Shown: positions 21,601-33,386 of the stretch, piece by piece
Numbering within the stretch: the stretch's first letter is position 1
Layout of the letters: each line of letters starts with the position of its first letter
Source of the DNA: Squalus acanthias
Taxonomy: Eukaryota
NCBI GenBank assembly: GCA_030390025.1
Contig: JASTWF010000035.1
Coordinates: 496,001 to 560,000 of the forward strand
Direction: 5' to 3'
DNA length: 64,000 bases
Translations under genes and position numbers: made by a program
The notes under the pieces: generated by a model
What the model saw: the letters and a program-made list of their open reading frames with translations, nothing else
What the model was told of the DNA's origin: nothing
The model's database searches: none

Positions 21601-24600
21601 CTCTCCCTTCACTGCACACCTCTCCCTTCACTGTACTCCTCTCCCTTCACTGGACTCCTCTCCCTTCACTGTACTCCTATCCCTTCGCTGTACACCTCTC
21701 CCTTCACTGTACACCTCTCCCTTCACTGCACACCTCTCCCTTCACTGTACACCTCTCCCTTCACTGTACACCTCGCCCTTCACTGTACTCCTCTCCCTTC
21801 ACTGGACTCCTCTCCCTTCACTGTACTCCTTTCCCTTCGCTGTACACCTCTCCGCTCCCTGTACACCTCTCCGCTCTCTGTACACCTCTCGCTTCACTGT
21901 ACACCTCTCTCTTCACTGTTCTCCTCTCCCTTCACTGTACTCCTATCCCTTCACTGTACTCCTCTCCGCCCCCTGTACACCTCTCCGCTCCCTGTACACC
22001 TCTCCGCTCCCTGTACACCTCTCGCTTCACTGAACACCTCTCTCTTCACTGTACTCCTCTCCCTTCACTGCATACCTCTCCCTTCACTGTACTGCACTCC
22101 CTTCACTGTACTCCTCTCCCTTCGCTGTACACGTCAACCTACGTTGTACACCTCTCCCTTCGATGTACACCTCTCCCTTCACTGTGCACCTCTCCCTTCG
22201 CTGTACACCTCTCCCTTCACTGTACTCCTCTCCCTTCACTGTACACCTCTCCCTTCACTGTACTCCTCTCTCTTCACTGCACTACTCTCCCTTCACTGGA
22301 CTCCTCTCCCTTCACTGTACACCTCTCCCTTCACTGTACGCCTCTCCCTTCACTTTACACCTCTCCCATCATTGTACACCTCTCCCTTCACAGTACTCCG
22401 CTCCCTTCACTGTACACCTCTCCCTTCACTGTACACCTCTCCCTTCACTGTAAACCTCTCCCTTCACTGTACACCTCTCCCTTCACTGTACACCTCTCCC
22501 TTCACTGTAATCCTCTCCCTTCACTGTACTCCTATCCCTTCACTGTACTCCTCTCCGCTCCCTGTACACCTCTCCGCTCCCTGTACACCTCTCCGCTCTC
22601 TGTACACCTCTCGCTTCACTGTACACCTCTCTCTTCACTGTACTCCTCTCCATTCACTTTACTCCTATCCATTCACTGTACTCCTCTCCACCCCCTGTAC
22701 ACCTCTCCGCTCCCTGTACACCTCTCCGCTCCCTTTACACCTCTCGCTTCACTGTACACCTCTCCCTTCACCGTACTCCTCTCCCTTGACTGTATACCTC
22801 TCCCTTCACTGTACTCCTCTCCCTTCACTGTACACCTCTCACTTCACTGTACACCTCTCCCTTCGCTGTACTCCTCTCCCTTCACTGTAATCCTCTCCCT
22901 TCACTGTATACCTATCCCTTCACTGTACTCTTCTCACTTCACTGTAATCCTCTCCCTTCGCTGTACACGTCAACCTACGCTGTACACCTCTCCCTACGAT
23001 GTACACCTCTCCCTTCGCTGTACACCTCTCCCTTCACCGTACTCCTCTCCCTTCACTGTAGACCTCTCCCTTCACTGTACACCTCTCCATTCACTGTACT
23101 CCTCTCCCTTCACTGTACACCTCTCCCTTCACTGTACACCTCACCCTTCACTGTACTCAACTCCCTTCAATGTACACCTCTCCCTTCACTGTACTCCTCT
23201 CCCTTCACTGTACACCTCTCCCTTCACTGTACACCTCTCCCTTCACTGTACTCCTCTCCCTTCACTGTACACCTCTCCCTTCACTGTACACCTCACCCTT
23301 CACTGTAATCAACTCCCTTCAAAGTACACCTCTCCCTTCACTGTACACCTCTCCCTTCACTGTACTCGGCTCCCTTCACTGTACACCTATCCCTTCGCTG
23401 TACTCCTCTCCCTTCACTGAAATCCTCTCCATTCACGGTATACCTCTCCCTTCATTGTACACCTCTCCCTTCATGGTACACCTCACCTTTCACTGTACAC
23501 CTCTCCCTTCACTGTACACCTGTCCCTTCACTGTACTCCTCTCCCTTCACTGTACACCTTTCACTTCACTGTACTCCTCTCCCTTCACTGTACACCTTTC
23601 ACTTCACTGTACTCCTCTCCCTTCACTGTACACCTCTCCCTTCACTGTACTCATCTCCCTTCACTGTACACCTCTCCCTTCACTGTACACCTTTCCCTTC
23701 ACTGTACTCCTCTCCCTTCACTGTACACCTCTCCCTTCACTGTACGCCTCTCCCTTCACTTTACACATCTCTCTTCACTGTACACTTCTCCCTTCACTGT
23801 ACACCTCTCCCTTCACTGTACTCCTCTCCCTTCACTGTTCACCTCTCCCTTCACTGTACACCTCTCCCTTCACTGTACACCTCTCCCTTCACTGTACTCC
23901 TCTCCTTTCACTCTACTCCAATCCCTTCACTGTACTCCTCTCCGTTCCCTGTACACCTCTCCGCTCCCTGTACACCTCTCCGCTCTCTGTGCACCTCTCC
24001 CTTCACTGTATACCTCTCTCTTCACTGTAATCCTCTCCGCCCCCTGTACACCTCTCCGCTCCCTGTACACCTCTCTGCTCCCTGTACACCTCTCGCTTCA
24101 CTGTACACCTCTCTCTTCACTGTACTCCTCTCCCTTGACTGTACACCTCTCCCTTCACTGTACTCCTCTCCCTTCGCTTTACACGTCAACCTACGCTGTA
24201 CACCTCTCCCTTCGCTGTACATCTCTCCCTTCACTGTACTCCTCTCCCTTCACTGTACACCTCTCCCTTCACTGCACACCTCTCCCTTCACTGTACTCCC
24301 CGCCCTTCACTGTACACCTCTCCCTTCACTGTACACCTCACCCTTCACTCTACTTCTCTCCCTTCACTGTACACCTCTCCCTTCACTGTATACCTCTCCC
24401 TTCACTGCACACCTCTCCCTTCACTGTACTCCTCTCCCTTCACTGTACACCTCTCCCTTCACTGTACACCTCACCCTTCACTCTACTTCTCTCCCTTCAC
24501 TGTACTCCTCTCCCTTCACTGTACACCTCTCCCTTCACTGTACTCCTCTCCCTTCACTGTACTCCTTTCCCTTCGCTGTACACCTCTCCGCTCCCTGTAC

Positions 24601-24731
24601 ACCTCTCCGCTCTCTGTACACCTCTCGCTTCACTGTACACCTCTCTCTTCACTGTTCTCCTCTCCCTTCACTGTACTCCTATCCCTTCACTGTACTCCTC
24701 TCCGCCCCCTGTACACCTCTCCGCTCCCTGT
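18698..24731. repeat. 19-bp satellite between proviruses A and B, with a 3116-bp higher-order duplication
   Basis: Same variant monomer series at 20054 and 23170 (offset 3116 = 164 x 19). Confidence 0.97.
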
Positions 24732-26318
24732 TGTAGAATTCGCAATTATCACGATTTGATTAATAAGGAGAAAACACAAAGTTTCGTTCAAACAGCTTTT
24801 ATTTCAGCGGAATGCTGTCAGGTTTAAATTGGACACAAGCAGCCTGTAAAATGGCCGCCGCACCGCGTGACAGAACATTCTAGACTTTTCAACAGGCAGA
24901 CAAGATGGCGTTCCATTAAACATTTTTGCAGGATCGATAACGATTCAGCACAGTGAAGACAATACACGAGACATTATGGGTTTACAGTATAAACATCGAT
25001 ACTGGAATCGGTCTCCCAGGTACAAAGGAAAGCCATGAAGGGCCCATCCAAAGGACATTAATATGTAAACTCCCAACGGCTCTACGATGAGAGAGCCGTT
25101 AGCAGGTAGTTATACAGGACACTTGGAAGCCCCAAACCCCTCCAGGGGGAACACCGACCGATTTAACAATGGGAGAAGTATTAACAGGTACTCAAACATT
25201 CATGAGTAGCCCCGAAACCCATTAAGGACAGAGATCACCCATACAGGACATTTTGGGCGCCAAACCTTAAACAAAAGAATGGACATTGTAGTTGGGCGGG
25301 AAACGGAAGAACTGTGCACTATAATTGCAGGCCCCAAACCGTCCATTCTCTCTCTTGCTCTTGCTCTTGCCTCGTGTTCTTGACTCTTGCCGCTTGTTGC
25401 TGTTATCATCGTGGCTGCTCCTGTGTAAAAGACTGTTGCAAAGACCTATGTTGGTAGCTGGCAGCGGAACCGAAGGCCCGGGATGAGATGAGATGAGATG
25501 AGAGGAGAGGAGAAGAGAAGAAGACCTTATCCATCGCCACGGTCAGTAGATCCCGACCGCGCCTGTAGGTCGATCAGCCAAGTCTTCTCGACAGGAAGTT
25601 TTCTTCTTTAACAAGACATATTGCATCGACGATAACTGGACTGTGCAAACACATCGTATCAGCGATATTGACAACGGTGCTCCACCATACCCTGTATCCA
25701 ACCAACAGAGGTCTTCACTACAGCGGACGGTCCAGCCGACTGACCGAGCAGCAGAAGCAGTAAACAAGTGAGACCAGGAGATCTCCTGACCAACACGTGG
25801 GTGCTGCGGTGAAAAACATCCGATCAGCTATTCGGGATTTCTCCGAGTTATTACGAGTGGTGAGCATGAGTCTCGAGATCCTACGAAGCTAGTTTTAGGA
25901 TAGATATTGATAGGGGAGGGTTTAAAGATTAAGGATATTTGTAATGTGTGCCCTATTTACGTTGTGCTGGTCGTTCCTCGTTTCCCTAAGAGTGATTATA
26001 ACTGTTTGTAAGATTGTACTGTCATTAATCTGTGCATATGACATGTATTTCATAATTTTAAGTGTCATGCAATAAAGATTTTCCATTTCGTACCGTTCAA
26101 ACCAAGTCTACATGAGTTTTACCTCCATTACTGCTCTCGCATCTAAGTCCAGTGTCTAGAACCGTAAGGGAGAGTGATTCGAACCACTCACAGGGGTGTC
26201 TAGTGTTCCCAGACTGGCTGGAGACCAGGCCTAGACCCGCACTGACATACAGGCTGCACAGAGCCGCGTGAATCTCACAGGCTACGAGACACGCAGGGTC
26301 AGGAGAGTATCCCTTACA
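24732..26318 (+). repeat. 5' LTR of provirus B (1587 bp, mosaic)
   Basis: TGTAG...CTTACA; left part matches B 3' LTR, right part matches A-type LTRs. Confidence 0.95.
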
Positions 26319-28716
26319 CCACCCAGACATTTTCCCAACCCCATACACGATTTGCTCGGACAGTATGTTCACCTGCAATTCATGTACGGAATACCTGGCC
26401 ATTTGGTCCCGCCGTGGATACACCTCCGCGGACGGGCGACCTTTAACGGTGAAGCCCTTGCTGGAAAAGATCTTAGCAGCAGCAGTAGGGGAGGAAGGGG
26501 AGATTTTCATCCATAAGGTGAAAGCTCACTCCTCCACAGAGCCCCGTGGGGAGGGCAACCGGCAGGCGGATGCGCTAGCCAGGGAGGGTGCCCGCGACGG
26601 TACTTTCTGGAACCCCTATAGAACCGGACCCATAGCAGCGGTCCGAGGTGGGGACGGAAATACCGGGAACAACAGGGTAGCATTGCCCCTAGACCTTAAG
26701 ACCGTCCAAGCACAGGATCCCGCCCTAAAAGCAGTCCTAAAAACGATTGCTGAGGGGAGGCAGGTAGAAGGTCCGTACAGTACGGCAACCCTCTCAGTTA
26801 AGGAAGGCATGCTGTTCCGCGAGGAGCAGTGGGTTGTGCCGCAGCAGCACAGGAGGGAATTCCTCCAGTTGGCTCACGAGGGACCAGGGGCAGGGCACCC
26901 CGGGCCCGAGGTTACCTGGCAACGGGTAGAGCAAGCGGGATGGTGGCCGGGGCTCAGGGAACAAGTCCGCGAGTTCTGTGCAAACTGTCTTGTGTGCGCT
27001 GCAAACAACCCAGACCCCCAGAAAAGGAAGGTGCCCATGGGACACGTAAGAAGGGTAGAGGGACCATGGCAGTCGATACAGATCGACTATATAGGACCCC
27101 TGCCCACCACCCAGGGAGGTTATAAGTACTGCCTCGTCCTGGTGGATGTGTTTTCCAAGTGGGTGGAAGCCTTCCCTTGTCGAACAGCTACGGCACTGGG
27201 TACAGCAAAAATCTTGGTCCGGGAAGTGTTCTCGCGGTGGGGACTCCCCCGTTTCGTGGAGTCAGACCAAGGGAGTCATTTCACCGGCCAGGTGATGCAG
27301 AACACCCTCATGCTTTTGGGCATTGAAGGGAAGTGGCACGTAGCACACAATCCCCAGTCATCCGGGATTGTTGAGCGTATGAACCGGACCCTGAAGGAGA
27401 AATTGAGGAAAGAGACTAGGAACTCGCCCCAAAAGTGGGCGGAAGTTCTGCCTTTAGTCCTCATGGGGGTCCGGGCCAGTCAGTCAAAAAGTACGGGGTA
27501 CTCCCCGCACGAGGTAATGACCGGCAGGCTCATGCGAACCCCCACCCATGTGCTAGCCCCGGTGCTCACTGAGGGTCAGCTTCAAGAGATCAGCAGGGAC
27601 AAGTTCGCCCAAACTCTCTTGGAGCGCCTGAAGCAAGTTTATGAGCAGGCGGCTGGGAACATGGGAAGGCAGCATCAGGGCAATCGCTTGTTGCTGGAAC
27701 CCCGCAAAACGCGGGAGTGGGAAGTAGGAGACCAGGTCATGGTCAGAAACTACGCCAGAGTAGGGAGTCTGGAACCACTGTATATGGGACCCTACAACAT
27801 TGTAGACAAGGCAAGTCCCATGGTTTACGCCGTAAAAGTACCTCGGCGCACTAAGTGGTTCCACATAAACCAATGTAAACTGTACCAGCCGGGTGCGCAA
27901 GGGAAAACTACAGGGGTAAATCCCGCCAATGGGAAAACACAGCCCCAGGTAGGACCACAAGGCACACAGGCAGGCGTAGCAGCTTGCATCAGGGGAAGGG
28001 ACATCCCGGACGATCATGCAGCGTTTTTCTGGAGTTGGGGGTTAGATGACGAGGACCCCAGGGTACCCTGGTCAGATGAGGATAGTGCAGATGAGCATAG
28101 TGATGATGACGGGTGGTTCCTGAGGAACGGTCTGGGAGGATTGGGGCCGATAGGTAGAGATCCATACGGGGTGGACACACAAGCTGCAGGTCCCGACAAC
28201 AGGAGGGAGGAGCTAGAGGAGGCCGGGCCAGCCGCTATGTGGTTCCCAGAGGTGTGGCCGCCCGCTTTGAACGTCCAGTCCTCAGGGGAGGCAGAGTTCA
28301 CGAGTGAAGGGCCGCCTGCTGGGCCGAGCAGGGCGGGGCCACGAACTGCCAGCCCCGAGGTTAGGGAGGCGGAGTCAGCGGAGGCGGAGCTGGCGACTGT
28401 GATGGAACCCCAGGTCATCCCGTTGGAGGTCTCGGAACCCGGTCCGTCCGTCACGGAGCCCCCGCCCATAGCAACTCCCCGTAGGTCAAGCAGAGTACCC
28501 CAGCCCAGGAGGATGTGGTCAGGTCCACAGACTGCCCCAAGGCGTAAGTTTCAGGTTAAGATAACCCGGGTAGAGACAGGCCACATCGAAGCAGTAACAG
28601 GCTGCGGTAGATCAGAAGAAAGGGTCAGCGCAGCAACAGGCTGCGGCAGATCAGAGGGAAGGGTCAGTGCCCTCCCACCGTCGGGAAGAGCTCGCAGCAG
28701 CCTTCTCAGGATTTAA
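26319..28716 (+). pseudogene. pol: 3' part of pol: half of RNase H, complete integrase and extension; ATG-initiated 783-aa ORF from 26365
   Basis: Colinear with provirus A 10021-12418; frame open to the same stop. Confidence 0.93.
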
Positions 28717-29054
28717 AGGGGCCGCCCTGAGAACGGGCGGCACTGTAAAGTATTAGTTTAAGGTTTTAAGTTTATAGTTCAAGGTTAAGTTTTAAGTTTA
28801 TAGTTCAAGGTTAAGTTTTAAGTTTATAGTTCAAGGTTAAGTTTTAAGTTTTAATAAGGTTAAGTTTGTAGTGTTTTTAACAGATAACGACAAAATGATG
28901 GGAGTTTTAAGGCTAGGTTTAGAGGAAGTCTATTTAGCAAACGTTGAAGTTTACGTGAGGCGAGGTCAGGGGACCCGCTCACCCTTCACAAAAGCCAGAG
29001 ACTTTTTGCGAGGCTGGCTACCTCATTCTATCTGATCACAGGAACCAAGGAAGG

Positions 29055-31406
29055 ATGGAACGACTTCTAGTTTTGCTCGTGGCAATCGGATGTGGATTGG
29101 CCTATCGAGGCCACACCAAGGATGTCGTGGTGTTTGGATGTTCCGGGGACACGGCCCCCATCGCGGTGGATGGGACCGGAAGACGGAAGGCAGAGGGGAC
29201 CAGCACCTATTTCCACAAGGGAAGGTGGCCAGGATGGCTGGGAACGAACTCAACGGAGTATTCCAGCACATCGGGGTTCGCCTACAAAGAGACTTCTTTA
29301 ATGTGCCCCAAAGTACGGATCATCGCACCCAGGATCAGCGTCACCGTCGGCAAACGGATTTGTTTGACCTGCAGTGGGGATGTCCCATTGAGCCGATGGT
29401 GGTGGCTGCGAAAGCTGAGCAAAACTATGAGGAACTCTTCGGTTGAGTGGGAGCGACTGGGTAATAATACCCATCGGACAATTACGGGGACAGATGGACA
29501 AGTGAAAGTCTGTTGGGACAAATGGTGGGAACCGGATGAGGGAATTTATGTTTGTATGTGGGGGTCAAAGTACGTTTGCCCCAAAGGCATCTCCATATTT
29601 TTTATTAATCAGTGGCAGGATAACGGACAGGGGATGAGGTGGGATGCGAGCACCAGGGGGTGCGGAGCCCCATACTCTCCGATCCCAGTAAATGCCACTG
29701 AGCTCATTACGCGCCCACGCAAAGCCCCGCCCACGATTCCGGTAGTTCTAACTGAGGAAGAAGGGTGCCCTAAAACTAGTAAGGGACCCGGGAACGGTTT
29801 GGTACTGGTCCCCACAGACCAGATACTATTTCAGGGAGTGCATTACGCGGTGGCCTCGGTGATTTTAAATCTCACTGAGGTACGGTTACCAGAGTGGTGC
29901 CCCAAAAAGACGGAACAGTTGTACCAGGTCCTGTTGACCAAGATGTTCAGGCAATTTTACGAGTTTGATTTTGCAGAAATTGACAAGACAAGCTTGTACA
30001 CCGCACCGCAGGAAGTTTTGGACCAAGTAGGGAGGCAAAGAAGGGGTTTGGTGAACGATGCGTTCACTGCTTTTAACACAGGGACATCTGTGGTCAACGC
30101 TCTAGACAGTGTGGAGCTGCAGACCCAGATTAATGGTTTAAAAACACAGTTAAAGGACATTCTAACAGATGAGAATAAAGTGGTAGGGTCGGGTCTGCAC
30201 GAGGACCAAGCCATGACACTACACTTAAAAGAGATTATAGCAGAGCTGGAGAAACATGCGCGTACGGTAAATGCCCTGATTAGGGAAGATCGGAATGCAT
30301 CCGATCAAGCTGCGCAGAACGAGGTGTGCGTGCTTTACGGGGCGTGGTTACTGGGCGAGGGCCGCAGTAATTTGGAGGATTTAAAACAAGGTTTGGTTCC
30401 GTCCTGGATAAGTAACAAACACCTGCGGGCGCTCCACCCTTTTCAGAACGCATTAAGTCCGTGCCAGCTCAGGCTAGCTTCAGAAGCTTACCCAGTCCCC
30501 GTGGACTGCGGACGTTCAAACCATACTATTATGGGAATAGTATTACGCATGCCGGTTTTGGGCAACACAGCAAAGCCCGCCCCGGTATATCGGGTAGAGA
30601 ACATTGGTGTCATTCAGGGGGGAGCCCACATTCGTTATGCAGCGGTTCCACCTTACGTCATCCGCTGGGAGCAAACGATGACAGGTACAGATCTCTCTGG
30701 TTGTCGTGGCAGGGGAGCACACATAATACTGTGCCCCCAGCACTTGAATGCCTTTTTAACACCACAGTGCGGGTTCAGAACGGCTGGCGCCAAGTCCATG
30801 AATTGCACCATGGAGGCAATGGCACAAGATCATGTGCCTCCGCAGGTAGCATACATCGGGGGTGGAACATATTGTGTTACCACTGCAGCGCAACACTACC
30901 AGCATGGAAACCGTAGCCGGTGTCCGGTGAGTGACAGCAGTTTCTGTTTTAAACCCAGGGCTGAAGTTCAAGTAGCACAACAGCGAATTATCCCAATCCC
31001 TGAACCATCCACTGTTCACCTCACAGTAAAAGAGAATTTCACCGACTTGCAGCGATTTGTCGCGCATTTTGGATACCTCATTCCCCCTCTCCCTGAGCAT
31101 TTAACCAAACTTCTGAAAGCCGTCGCGGTGTCACAAAAGCATTTTTATACATTAGAACAGAAAACCGTCGAAATTGGAACAGACATTTTGGACATAGTGG
31201 TTCCACCGTGGTGGAATCTGTTCACCAATATTGAAGTACCTTCATGGGTCAGAATAGCCTCCCACATTTTAGTCGTCTGTCAGGTGTTTATTGTGGTATA
31301 CCTATTGTTCATACATTGTAAAAGAGACAAGCGCCTCACCAAGCATGAGAACACGGGAGAGTGGCGAGAACGTTACGTGCGCGTGCACGATGAGAGCGCC
31401 GTGTAA
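29055..31406 (+). CDS. env: Intact 783-aa envelope glycoprotein: signal peptide, Ig-like domain, furin site, fusion peptide, heptad repeat, Cys-rich region, TM, cytoplasmic tail
   Basis: MERLLVLLVAIGCGLA; LTC..W..DEGIYVC; RQRR|GLVNDAFTAF at 30033-30044; several N-x-S/T sequons; TM IASHILVVCQVFIVVYLLFI; strong Kozak AGGATGG. Confidence 0.93.
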   Translation: MERLLVLLVAIGCGLAYRGHTKDVVVFGCSGDTAPIAVDGTGRRKAEGTSTYFHKGRWPGWLGTNSTEYSSTSGFAYKETSLMCPKVRIIAPRISVTVGKRICLTCSGDVPLSRWWWLRKLSKTMRNSSVEWERLGNNTHRTITGTDGQVKVCWDKWWEPDEGIYVCMWGSKYVCPKGISIFFINQWQDNGQGMRWDASTRGCGAPYSPIPVNATELITRPRKAPPTIPVVLTEEEGCPKTSKGPGNGLVLVPTDQILFQGVHYAVASVILNLTEVRLPEWCPKKTEQLYQVLLTKMFRQFYEFDFAEIDKTSLYTAPQEVLDQVGRQRRGLVNDAFTAFNTGTSVVNALDSVELQTQINGLKTQLKDILTDENKVVGSGLHEDQAMTLHLKEIIAELEKHARTVNALIREDRNASDQAAQNEVCVLYGAWLLGEGRSNLEDLKQGLVPSWISNKHLRALHPFQNALSPCQLRLASEAYPVPVDCGRSNHTIMGIVLRMPVLGNTAKPAPVYRVENIGVIQGGAHIRYAAVPPYVIRWEQTMTGTDLSGCRGRGAHIILCPQHLNAFLTPQCGFRTAGAKSMNCTMEAMAQDHVPPQVAYIGGGTYCVTTAAQHYQHGNRSRCPVSDSSFCFKPRAEVQVAQQRIIPIPEPSTVHLTVKENFTDLQRFVAHFGYLIPPLPEHLTKLLKAVAVSQKHFYTLEQKTVEIGTDILDIVVPPWWNLFTNIEVPSWVRIASHILVVCQVFIVVYLLFIHCKRDKRLTKHENTGEWRERYVRVHDESAV

Positions 31407-31413
31407 TAGGAAA

Positions 31414-31587
31414 ATGGCGTCACTCCCGCTCGCCACGTGCGCCGCGGAAGTTTGTACTCATTGTAAATACGTTGGAAACTCGACATGTTTAAGAGTTGGG
31501 ATTTGTTTTATTTTGGTGATGGTGTTGATTGTTTGGTTTTGGGTTTTGTTTTTCCTTTCCCTGAATAAAAGACAAATATACAGGTGA
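31414..31587 (+). CDS. Candidate 57-aa Cys-rich small transmembrane accessory protein
   Basis: MASLPLATCAAEVCTHCKYVGNSTCLRVGICFILVMVLIVWFWVLFFLSLNKRQIYR; AAAATGG start 7 nt after the env stop; truncated by a 1-nt indel in copy A (16685-16789). Confidence 0.4.
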   Translation: MASLPLATCAAEVCTHCKYVGNSTCLRVGICFILVMVLIVWFWVLFFLSLNKRQIYR

Positions 31588-31829
31588 TGCGTGAGGAATC
31601 GGCCTGGTTACGCCGGGAAGGAAAACAAGTGGTGTAAGTTTAAGGGCAAATGATGCCTACGGTGTTATAAAATGTGATTTTCTTGGGAAATAAGGACGAC
31701 ACAGAGACCCTAGTTAAGTTAAAATTTATGGGATTAATTTACTGGATTCGGAGTGAAATCGAGATAAGATTGCTCACCACTGAGATTTTTGATACGATAA
31801 GCGGAGTTATTCGCATCAACAGGAGGGAC

Positions 31830-33386
31830 TGTAGAATTCGCAATTATCACGATTTGATTAATAAGGAGAAAACACAAAGTTTCGTTCAAACAGCTTTTAT
31901 TTCAGCGGAATGCTGTCAGGTTTAAATTGGACACAAGCAGCCTGTAAAATGGCCGCCGCACCTCGTGACAGAACATTCTAGACTTTTCAACAGGCAGACA
32001 AGATGGCGTTCCATTAAACATTTTTGCAGGATCGATAACGATTCAGCACAGTGAAGACAATACACGAGACATTATGGGTTTACAGTATAAACATCGATAC
32101 TGGAATCGGTCTCCCAGGTACAAAGGAAAGCCATCAAGGGCCCATCCAAAGGACATTAATATGTAAACTCCCAACGGCTCTACGATGAGAGAGCCGTTAG
32201 CAGGTAGTTATACAGGACACTTGGAAGCCCCAAACCCCTCCAGGGGGAACACCGACCGATTTAACAATGGGAGAAGTATTAACAGGTACTCAAACATTCA
32301 TGAGTAGCCCCGAAACCCATTAAGGACGGAGATCACCCATACAAGACATTTGGGCGCCAAACCCTAAACAAAAGAATGGACATTATAGTTGGGCGGGAAA
32401 CGGAGGATTTTTTGCACTATAATTGCAGGCCCAAACCGTCCATTCGCTCTCTTGCTCTTGCTCTTGACTCTTGCCTCGTGTTCTTGACTCTTGCCGCTTG
32501 CTGCTGTTATCATCGTGGCTGCTCCTGTGAAAAAGACTGTTGAACTTTCTGATCCGTTCGGATCTACCTCGTGTCGCGTAAAGAAGACCTATGTTGGTAG
32601 CTGGCAGCGGAACCAAAGGCCCGAGATGAGATGAGATGAGATGAGAGGAGAAGAGAAGAAGACCTTATCCATCGCCACGGTCAGTAAATCCCGACCGCGC
32701 CTGTAGGTCGATCAGCCAAGTCTTCTGGACAGGAAGTTTACAACGGTGCTCCACCATACCTTGTATCCAACCAACAGAGGTCTTCACTACAGCGGACGGT
32801 CCAGCCGACTGACCGAGCAGCAGAAGCAGTAAACAAGTGGGACCAGGAGATCTCCTGACCAACACGTGGGTGCTGCGGTGAAAAACATCCGATCAGCTAT
32901 TCGGGATTTCTCCGAGTTATTACGAGTGGTGAGCATGAGTCTCGAGATCCTACGAAGCTAGTTTAGGATAGCTATTGATAGGGGAGGGTTTAAAGATTAA
33001 GGATATTTGTAATGTGTGCCCTATTTACGTTGTGCCGTTCGTTCCTCGTTTCCCTAAGAGTGATTATAACTGTTTGTAAGATTGTACTGTCATTAATCTG
33101 TGCATATGACATGTATTTCATAATTTTAAGTATCATGCAATAAAGATTTTCCATTTCGTACCGTTCAAACCAAGTCTACATGAGTTTTATCTCCATTACT
33201 GCTCTCGCATCTAAGTCCAGTGTCTAGAACCGTAAGGGAGAGTGATTCGAACCACTCACAGGGGTGTCTAGTGTTCCCAGACTGGCTGGAGACCAGGCCT
33301 AGACCCGCACTGACATACAGGCTGCACAGAGCCGCGTGAATCTCACAGGCTACGAGACACGCAGGGTCAGGAGAGAATCCCTTACA
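31830..33386 (+). repeat. 3' LTR of provirus B (1557 bp)
   Basis: Follows PPT, followed by TSD CTGT; has an extra segment near 32543-32583 (shared with LTR C) and a deletion near 32740 relative to A-type LTRs. Confidence 0.96.

Larger units (their letters stand above)
24732..33386 (+). mobile_element. Provirus B: internally deleted (no PBS, gag, PR, RT); LTR-partial pol-env-PPT-LTR
   Basis: LTRs 24732-26318 and 31830-33386; 4-bp TSD CTGT at 24728-24731 and 33387-33390. Confidence 0.96.

Noticed and set aside
28760..28862. 26-bp tandem expansion in the pol-env spacer of B
   Set aside because: Simple slippage in an AT-rich spacer, absent in A; no sign of function.
4490..33386. A and B as a segmental duplication
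   Set aside because: Different TSDs, insertion phases and LTR variants.
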